From positions 11,305-75,304 of the forward strand of contig DAOUIY010000060.1 in NCBI GenBank assembly GCA_034423215.1: a stretch of DNA of 64,000 nt, in the 5' to 3' direction. The stretch comes from Dehalococcoidia bacterium (GTDB taxonomy: Bacteria; Chloroflexota; Dehalococcoidia; Lucifugimonadales; UBA3495). Below the pieces are notes generated by a model, which did no database searches, was not told where the DNA came from, and saw only the letters and a list, made by a program, of their open reading frames with translations. The translations under genes were made by a program, and so were the position numbers. Below, in pieces: positions 28,171 to 34,682 of this stretch (the first letter of the stretch is position 1; the number at the start of each line of letters is the position of its first letter).

Positions 28171-28368
28171 TTTCTGTTTGGGCGGCAGGCGGCCGTCCTT
28201 AATGGGGCAAGCTTGGCAGTCCTTCTGGCGCGCCACGTATTGGACGTGAAGCGGATATTCGGCTATGCGAAACTACGCTATCGGGGCCTGGCCAAGAACA
28301 CGGAGCGACTGGCCCTGCTGCTGGGGTTTTCCAACCTGAAACGGGCCCAGACCCTTACCGACAGTTGA
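28171..28368 (+). pseudogene. IS5-family transposase C-terminal fragment
   Basis: ARHVLDVKRIFGYAKLRYRGLAKNTERLALLLGFSNLKRAQ* matches the IS5 tail (VEHxF...FGxxKxRYRGLxKN). Preceded by an in-frame stop at 28168. Confidence 0.6.
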
Positions 28369-28530
28369 CCGCGGGAGCAGTGCGTCTTTTATCCACCGGC
28401 CCCAGGAAACCAGGGGCTGGAAGGGGCCCAGAATCCCCCCGAAGAGGACAAGTTCGGAGAGCCGCTGTTCTCCCTGCAATCCCGCACTAATCAAAACAAG
28501 CCCGGTTCATAATTTTTCAGGGGTTCCCTA

Positions 28531-29730
28531 ATGCCCTCTGCCGTTGACCAGGAGATTAGAGAGCTGATCCGGAAGAACGGGCGAATCACCTTCGCCCAGT
28601 TCATGCAGGTCTGTCTCTACTCCCCCCGCGGCGGCTTCTACTCCTCCCGCGGCAGCGGCATCAACTCCCACTTCGGCACATCGCCAGCCGCTCATCCGGC
28701 CTTTGGCGCCCTCGTCGCGCGACAGTTGGAACAGATGTGGCATCTTCTCGGCAACCCGTCCATTTTTTCCTTGATTGAAGTGGGCGCCGGCGATGGCCTC
28801 CTGGCCCGGTCCATCGTGGATTCCTGCCAGCGAACGGCGCCCCGGCTTGCCCGTGCCCTCAACTACGTCGCCGCCGACTACCAGCCCGGCCGGTTCCCGT
28901 CGCCGGGCACCCCCTTTGACCGGCCCGGCGGTTCGGAAGATGCCATGCCCCCCGGCCCGCGCCACGCAGCTCCAGGCGTTCAGCGGGTCAAGGCCGCCGG
29001 ACTCGGGGCCTTCCGCAATGTTGAAGGCTGCATCCTGTGCAACGAGTTGATAGACAACTTCCCCGTCCACCGCTTCGCCATGCAGGACGGACGAGTCAGG
29101 GAAGTCTTCGTCACCCTGGACGGGGAAAACCTGGTGGAAGTCCTCGACGAGCCGTCCTCCCCGCGCATCGAGGAGCGGCTTGCCGGCCTGGCCCTGCCCT
29201 TGCCCGACGGTTACTGCGGCGAGGTAAACTTGGCCGTCCCGTTGCCCGACGGTTACCGCGGCGAGGTAAACTTGGCAATGGAAGACTGGACCTGCCAGCT
29301 TTCTACGGCACTGCAGCGGGGCTTTGTCCTCACCATTGACTACGGAGCCCTGGCCTCCGACCTCTACTCCCCCGCCAACTCCGGCGGCGCCATGGTGTGC
29401 TACCGGCAGCATCGCGTCAGCGACGACCCTTACCGTCATCCGGGGCAGCAGGACATCACCTGCCTGGTGGACTTCACATCCCTGATGCGGCTGGGAGAGC
29501 GGCACGGCCTTCAGACCGTGGGGTTTGCGCCGCAAAGCCGGTTCCTGCAGAACCTGGGCTTCTCAGCCTTCCTTGCCGACCTCCCGCACCAGGGCTTGTC
29601 CGCCGCCCGCGCCGAGTTGGAACGCATGGCGTTGATGGCCCTGGTGGACACCGACCAGTACGGCGATTTCCAGGTGCTGGCCCAGGCTAAGGGAGTTGAC
29701 CTGGACCAACCGCTCGTGGGCTTTCAGTAA
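28531..29730 (+). CDS. SAM-dependent methyltransferase, DUF185/MidA/NDUFAF7-like
   Basis: ITFAQFMQVCLYSPRGGFYS...FGTSP...LIEVGAGDG...ILCNELIDNFPVH is the family signature. Contains an in-frame 42-bp duplication. Confidence 0.72.
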   Translation: MPSAVDQEIRELIRKNGRITFAQFMQVCLYSPRGGFYSSRGSGINSHFGTSPAAHPAFGALVARQLEQMWHLLGNPSIFSLIEVGAGDGLLARSIVDSCQRTAPRLARALNYVAADYQPGRFPSPGTPFDRPGGSEDAMPPGPRHAAPGVQRVKAAGLGAFRNVEGCILCNELIDNFPVHRFAMQDGRVREVFVTLDGENLVEVLDEPSSPRIEERLAGLALPLPDGYCGEVNLAVPLPDGYRGEVNLAMEDWTCQLSTALQRGFVLTIDYGALASDLYSPANSGGAMVCYRQHRVSDDPYRHPGQQDITCLVDFTSLMRLGERHGLQTVGFAPQSRFLQNLGFSAFLADLPHQGLSAARAELERMALMALVDTDQYGDFQVLAQAKGVDLDQPLVGFQ

Positions 29731-29953
29731 CGGTCGAGGGGCCCGGCCGGGCCCAATACCGGGATTCCCCCTGGCGCCACCCCTCGTAATGGCACGTCAA
29801 GCAGGACAACTGCGAAATCACGGGCAATAATGCCGTCCCGCCAATCCTGACCTCAATGAAAGATGTACACCCCGGTGGCCTGTTGTCCGACAAGCTAACC
29901 AGGAACGGTTTATCGTGTGCCTTGAGCGGTTTTAGGCCGTTTCGCTATAACCT

Positions 29954-30096
29954 TGTATGCCCCCAGGTCAAACGCATTCTGAATTTTGGGAGAGTCCGTC
30001 GTTCCCTCGCAGGCGGGAACCTCGAACCTGGCAAGTAATGTATCAGGTCCCCCTTAACCTTCGGGAATCCGGCTAGGTGGGAGAATGCGTTTGCCC
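29954..30096 (+). repeat. interspersed repeat, family E
   Basis: caggtcaaacgcattctgaattttgggagagtccgtcgttccctcgcaggcgggaacctcgaacc...ggtgggagaatgcgtttgccc. Confidence 0.8.
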
Positions 30097-30160
30097 TTTG
30101 TTTGCCCCCCACTAATCTTGACACATTTGAGCTAAGCTCATACCATGGCAAGTATATACC

Positions 30161-30610
30161 ATGCTCTGGACGCAGATAGGGAGCGAGAGAATTCTAGGTT
30201 GGTTTGCCAATGTCGCCACGTCTATAAGCGACTCCATCCGTGAAAATGTCAGGACCATAGGCGGCGCATTCTGTGGGCTGTTTGTATCCTCGTTGGTGGT
30301 CTGCTTCCTGGTTGCTTTCCTTTACGTGGACGAATGGGATACACAGTGGCCGATTGGCGTAGTCGCCGATGTATCTGGCGCATCGTTTGCAGCCGCCATA
30401 GTTATACTTAGCTTTGGGAGAACGGCCATGTCATTAAATCGAATCTTCAAGAGAAAAGAGCGCGAGCAAGGACGCCAGGAAGGACGCCAGGAAGGGCGTA
30501 CAGAAACGGCGAATGAATATATCCGGGCCTATGCCAATCTCAGGCCGGGCGAATCCTTGCAAGAGGCAGTGGAGCGACTGAGAAAGGAAAAGGGAGACTC
30601 GCTAGAGTAG
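30161..30610 (+). CDS. hypothetical membrane protein with charged C-terminal tail
   Basis: 149 aa with two hydrophobic segments (AFCGLFVSSLVVCFLVAFLY; ASFAAAIVILSFG), then FKRKEREQGRQEGRQEGR...EAVERLRKEKG. Confidence 0.5.
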   Translation: MLWTQIGSERILGWFANVATSISDSIRENVRTIGGAFCGLFVSSLVVCFLVAFLYVDEWDTQWPIGVVADVSGASFAAAIVILSFGRTAMSLNRIFKRKEREQGRQEGRQEGRTETANEYIRAYANLRPGESLQEAVERLRKEKGDSLE

Positions 30611-30612
30611 CC

Positions 30613-30804
30613 ATGCTTATGGGTCGAATCTTCAAGAGAAAAGAGCGCGAGCAAGGACGCCAGGAAGGACGCCAGGAAGGACGCCAGGAAGGGCGTACAG
30701 AAGCGGCGAATGAATATATCCGGGCCTATGCCAATCTCAGACCGGGCGAGTCCTTGCAAGAGGCAGTCGAGCGACTGAGGAAGGAAAATGCTAAGGACGG
30801 CTAA
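30613..30804 (+). CDS. stand-alone duplicate of the preceding gene's C-terminal tail
   Basis: 63-aa ORF MLMGRIFKRKEREQGRQEGRQEGRQEGRTEAANEYIRAYANLRPGESLQEAVERLRKEN. The DNA is a near-exact copy of 30439-30591 plus one extra 12-bp unit. Confidence 0.4.
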   Translation: MLMGRIFKRKEREQGRQEGRQEGRQEGRTEAANEYIRAYANLRPGESLQEAVERLRKENAKDG

Positions 30805-30847
30805 CCTTGTCCATATACTCCTTGCCTCCCAGCGGTTCAACCTTTTT

Positions 30848-30985
30848 GAAAAGACGGACAGTATTTCCGCTCACCCTGAGCCTGTCGAAGGGCCGCCCAT
30901 TGGCAGATTGACAATTTGATGGTTCGACAGGCTCACCACGAGCGGACCTCCGGTTTACCCATCAATGCAAAGTGGTCAAACTATT
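30848..30985 (+). repeat. interspersed repeat, family A (full length)
   Basis: ccgctcaccctgagcctgtcgaagggccgcccattggcagattgacaatttgatggttcgacaggctcaccacgagcgg...caatgcaaagtggtcaaact. Confidence 0.85.
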
Positions 30986-31006
30986 AGATTGCAAACCCCA
31001 TCCTTT

Positions 31007-31143
31007 AGGGCGTGTCGTCAAATGCACCGTCATTCCTGCGAAGGCAGGAATCTTAACTACTGCCGGTCGAGGGTCCCGCCTTCGCGGGAACGACGAAAGG
31101 GGAGGCTAGGAAGCCCCCACATTCAATTTGACGACACCCCCTA
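31007..31143 (+). repeat. interspersed repeat, family B
   Basis: Near-identical to 10615-10751. Confidence 0.85.
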
Positions 31144-31248
31144 GTGAGGATGGGGTTTAGTCTATCCAAGTCCTGCTGGCCAAAACGAGCCAGACGAGCC
31201 TTGCGGGAAGTCGGGTTAATTTGAAACAGCTTCCTTGTCCAACAGCGC

Positions 31249-32544
31249 CTAGCTCGGGTGCTTGCTCAGCATCAGGAACCCGCAACTGTCCGGCGTATTG
31301 CAGCCCGCCAGGGCAGTCTCCGCCCGGCCCGTTACCTGCCTCGGGCCGGCCGTCCCCCTTATCTGCTGCAGGCTGTCGGAAAACAGGACCGCCCGGTTCC
31401 GGCCCGTTCCGTTGTTTCCCCCGCTGGACAGGAAGGGATGCGGCCCCTCCACCCGTATGTCGTCGGCGTAGAAGTCGTGGGCTTCTCCCCAGGTGACGCC
31501 GTGCCACTGGAAGCCCTCCAGGAACTGCTGGGTAAAGGTCAGGTAGCCGTCGTAGGGGTTGAATATGTCCACGTCCTGCGGCCCCAGGCCGGAACCCTCC
31601 CACATCTTCCTGGCCAGGCTGGCCACCGCCTCCTGGTGTTCCTCCAGCGTTGCCATCGTGCTGCGGCCCCGGCCATTGTTCTGAGCATGGTTCAGCACGT
31701 ACACCGGCTTCTGCCTCAGGTCCCTGGCCCGCTCCGCCGTGGTGAAGATGAAGGCCGCGCAGGTGTTTACCGGCCGGTCGCAATCGTAAATCACCAGCGG
31801 CTCCTCAATCACCCGCCCGTTCAGGTAGTCCTCCCGCGTTAGCTGGTAGGGCTCATACAGGGAGTAATACCCCCAGTCGGTCATAAGCCCGTTCCGGCGC
31901 AGGTTCAGGCACAGCGGCGCCAGCCCGTCGTGCGACTTGCCGTATTTCTTGCAATACTGCTGGAATATCACCAGGTTATTGAACATGGCCCCGTTCTGGT
32001 AGCCCCAGGGCAGCGTAAAGGCCGCGTTGCCGGGCGCCTCCTGGCTGTTGTTCTGCGGGTTGTTGTGCCCGTACCGGCCCGACAGGTTCACCATCGGATA
32101 CCACACCAGCGCGGTCTCGCACCGCCCGTCGCCCACCGCCTGCGCCGCTTGGCCCATCATCGGCCCGATGTAGGGCGCGTCGGATTCCAGGTACTTCACG
32201 TTCTTCAACCCCAGTTCACGCCGTATCCAGTCGGCGGAGGTATAGGTCAGGCCGTCCTCCGTGTCGTAGGGCGGGTCAAAGTAGGGACGCGGCGCCCACG
32301 TCTGCTCGGCCCGGGTCTCCTTGCTGGTAATAAGCCCGTCTATGTCGTCCAGCGACAGCCCGGCGTCGGCTATGGCCTTCAGGCACGCCTCCCGGGTCAG
32401 GCCCCCGCAGCTTCTGTCCATGGTCACCCCGTCCCAGCGCCGGTCCATGTGGGACTGACCCCAGCCGACCAACGCAACCTTGCCCCGGTGCTCCCAGATG
32501 CCCATGCCTTCCCGGTTTCTCATCCAGCTAGTGTCGCTTGCCAT
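31249..32544 (-). CDS. thiolase-like (SCP-x/lipid-transfer type) protein
   Basis: 431 aa. Pairing with a DUF35 OB-fold gene immediately upstream is the classic two-gene arrangement. GWGQS...AGL..DDIDGL thiolase-like N-terminus. Confidence 0.65.
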   Translation of the reverse strand: MASDTSWMRNREGMGIWEHRGKVALVGWGQSHMDRRWDGVTMDRSCGGLTREACLKAIADAGLSLDDIDGLITSKETRAEQTWAPRPYFDPPYDTEDGLTYTSADWIRRELGLKNVKYLESDAPYIGPMMGQAAQAVGDGRCETALVWYPMVNLSGRYGHNNPQNNSQEAPGNAAFTLPWGYQNGAMFNNLVIFQQYCKKYGKSHDGLAPLCLNLRRNGLMTDWGYYSLYEPYQLTREDYLNGRVIEEPLVIYDCDRPVNTCAAFIFTTAERARDLRQKPVYVLNHAQNNGRGRSTMATLEEHQEAVASLARKMWEGSGLGPQDVDIFNPYDGYLTFTQQFLEGFQWHGVTWGEAHDFYADDIRVEGPHPFLSSGGNNGTGRNRAVLFSDSLQQIRGTAGPRQVTGRAETALAGCNTPDSCGFLMLSKHPS

Positions 32545-32599
32545 TTCAGTTCTCCCTTGCCTTGTGCGCTATGTACGGTATTGGCGGTTTTCCGGGCAG

Positions 32600-33028
32600 C
32601 TAACCCGTCACCTGCCATTCGTGGACCAGTTGGCCGTTGCTGGTTTCCTCGAAGATCAGCTCCACCGGCGCGCCAACCGGGACCTCCCCCGGGGGCGTGC
32701 CCGGCAGGTTCGACAGAAAATTGATTCCCGGGTCCTCGTCCAGGGTTATCAGGGCGAAGTTTATGGGCTGCGCCGACCGGAACCCCCGGATGCGGGAATC
32801 GCGTATTACCATGTACACGTCAATGTGGCCCTTGCCCTCAACCTCTTTCCACTCGAAGCTGTCCCCCGACCCGCACTTGTTGCACCGCGGCGTGGGCGGA
32901 TAATGCAGCCGCTGGCAGGCGGTGCAGTTCTGCAAGACCAGCCGTCGCTCGTTGCACGCATCCCAGAAGGGTTGGGTCAGTTCATTGGGAACCGGGGCCG
33001 GTCTCTCCAGGCCTGGAATAGTTGACAT
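32600..33028 (-). CDS. DUF35 Zn-ribbon/OB-fold acyl-CoA-associated protein
   Basis: FWDACNERRLVLQNCTACQRLHYPPTPRCNKCGS has the rubredoxin-like 4-Cys Zn ribbon and OB-fold tail typical of DUF35. Confidence 0.75.
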   Translation of the reverse strand: MSTIPGLERPAPVPNELTQPFWDACNERRLVLQNCTACQRLHYPPTPRCNKCGSGDSFEWKEVEGKGHIDVYMVIRDSRIRGFRSAQPINFALITLDEDPGINFLSNLPGTPPGEVPVGAPVELIFEETSNGQLVHEWQVTG

Positions 33029-33180
33029 GGCTATCGCCTCCCGCCGGATTAGAGTCTATCTCAGAAGTCCCTTCCCCACTGAGCGGAGAAGGTTAGGATG
33101 GGGCGCCGGTCCCTGCCCCGCGTCTTGCTACAGATAATATCCACAGTAGCCGGGATTTTTCAATCAAAAGCGGAGCCTGC

Positions 33181-33325
33181 CAGGGCAATTGCATTATAAG
33201 CTCGCCGTAACCTGCGCCAGGTTCTTCAACCGGAAGTCATGTCGCCCTGAGCTTGCCGAAGGACCTAAAATCCTCCCAGGAAACCATGACCCGGGAACCG
33301 AAACCAGGCTGCCGGGATGGATTAA
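33181..33325 (-). repeat. interspersed repeat, family D (truncated)
   Basis: cagggcaattgcattataag...gtcgccctgagcttgccgaagga is the reverse complement of the right half of 37311-37536. Confidence 0.7.
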
Positions 33326-33353
33326 CCGTCACGCCAACACTGTTGAACCCCTG

Positions 33354-33490
33354 CAGGCTCAACCCATTTGAACTGATGGATGATATTCCCGCTCGCCCTG
33401 GGCCTGTCGAAGGGCCGCCCGTTCGCAGATTGATAATTTGATGGTTCGACAGGCTCACCATGAGGGGAATCTCAGCTGATCAATCATTCC
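33354..33490 (+). repeat. interspersed repeat, family A
   Basis: cccgctcgccctgggcctgtcgaagggccgcccgttcgcagattgataatttgatggttcgacaggctcaccatgag. Confidence 0.8.
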
Positions 33491-33505
33491 CGTGGCGACG
33501 GACCA

Positions 33506-33865
33506 CTACCCCTGGCCCACGCCCCCGTTGAGCCACGGCTCGGCGGCGCCCTCATCCATCCACACGAACCAAAACCCCGCCTCCAGGGCAAACTGCCTGT
33601 CCAGCTCCGTATCGCCGATATGGTAATGCTCCGTCGCGGCGAAGCGGGCCTTTACCTCCGGCAGCCCCTGTTTCGACGAGACAAAGCTGACTTCAATGCC
33701 GTACCGGTCCCAGATGGCCTGCTGCACCGGCAGGGGACGGTCCGACGCGCTGCCAACTATGCAACCTTGCGCCTGCGCCTTTCTCACCGCGCTCATGGCG
33801 ATGGGCCCCGGCGGGTCTCCCGCTTCCAGCGTCCCATCAATGTCGAAACTGACCAATACCGTCAA
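33506..33865 (-). CDS. HAD-superfamily hydrolase-like small protein
   Basis: VSFDIDGTL (DxDxT motif I), GSASDR (motif II-like), IGDTELD (motif IV-like). Confidence 0.6.
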   Translation of the reverse strand: MTVLVSFDIDGTLEAGDPPGPIAMSAVRKAQAQGCIVGSASDRPLPVQQAIWDRYGIEVSFVSSKQGLPEVKARFAATEHYHIGDTELDRQFALEAGFWFVWMDEGAAEPWLNGGVGQG

Positions 33866-34195
33866 GGTTTGCGCTCCATATTTCAGCTAACCCCTGCCAT
33901 TAGAACATGGTCGTCCAGCATAAGCCTGGCGCTTCATTCAAGAATACTCCCCCTGGATTTGGGGGCCAGCCTGGCGCGTCGCTGCCTCTCCGTCGGCGGC
34001 AGGACAATCCTGTCTCCATATAAGCAGAGCAACTAAACCAAAGCCAGGGTGGAATATTCATTTGGTACAGTGGCGCCGGTCCTGCTCTTCCAGCGTAGGG
34101 GCGATTCGCGAATCGCCCCTACGCTGGAAGAATGGGCAGCCAACAGTTGCCGGGTTCAAGCAATAATGCACTTCTCACCTTGGCTTTGGTTTAGT

Positions 34196-34348
34196 GGTTC
34201 AACTCATTTGAAATGCTGGATAGTATTACCGCTCACCCTGAGCCTGTCGAAGGGCCGCCCGTTCGCAGATTGATAATTTGATGGTTCGACAGGCTCACCA
34301 CGAGCGGACTCCGGGGTTTACCCATCAATCCAAAGTGGTCAAACTGCT
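34196..34348 (+). repeat. interspersed repeat, family A (full length)
   Basis: gtggttcaactcatttgaaatgctggatagtattaccgctcaccctgagcctgtcgaagggccgcccgttcgcagattgataatttgatggttcgacaggctcaccacgagcgg. Confidence 0.85.
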
Positions 34349-34542
34349 GGTAGTCCGACAACTGTGAAATGATAGTTGAAACTGCTTTTCTCCGTCGTTC
34401 CGGCGAAGGCCGGAACCCAGAAGTCCTGAAGGTAAGGAACCATGTCCAAGGCCAACCTTATTGGATTCTGATTGGATTCTGGCCTCCGCCGGAATGACGA
34501 GTTTCGATAGTTGCCCGTCATTCCAAAGTGGTCAAACTATTG
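34349..34542 (+). repeat. interspersed repeat, family C
   Basis: ggtagtccgacaactgtgaaatgatagttgaaactgc...ccaaagtggtcaaactattg. Directly abuts families A and B. Confidence 0.8.
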
Positions 34543-34682
34543 GGGCCTGTCGCCAAATTGAAAGCGGAAGCCTCCCGGCAGCTCCCTTTTCGTCGTGCCC
34601 GCGAAGGCGGGGAACCTCGACCGGCAGTCGTTAAGTTCCCTCCCTTCCCAGGAATGACGGTGAATTTGCCGACACCCCCTAA
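34542..34682 (-). repeat. interspersed repeat, family B (inverted orientation)
   Basis: ggggcctgtcgccaaattg...cgtcgtgcccgcgaaggcggggaacctcgaccgg...ggaatgacggtgaatttgccgacaccccctaa. Contains the stop codon of the CoA-transferase gene. Confidence 0.75.

Noticed and set aside
34268-34310. tRNA-like T-arm (ggttcgacaggctcacca) recurring in family-A repeats
   Set aside because: No acceptor, D or anticodon arms can be drawn. The motif is the right half of the family-A inverted repeat and occurs about 11 times.
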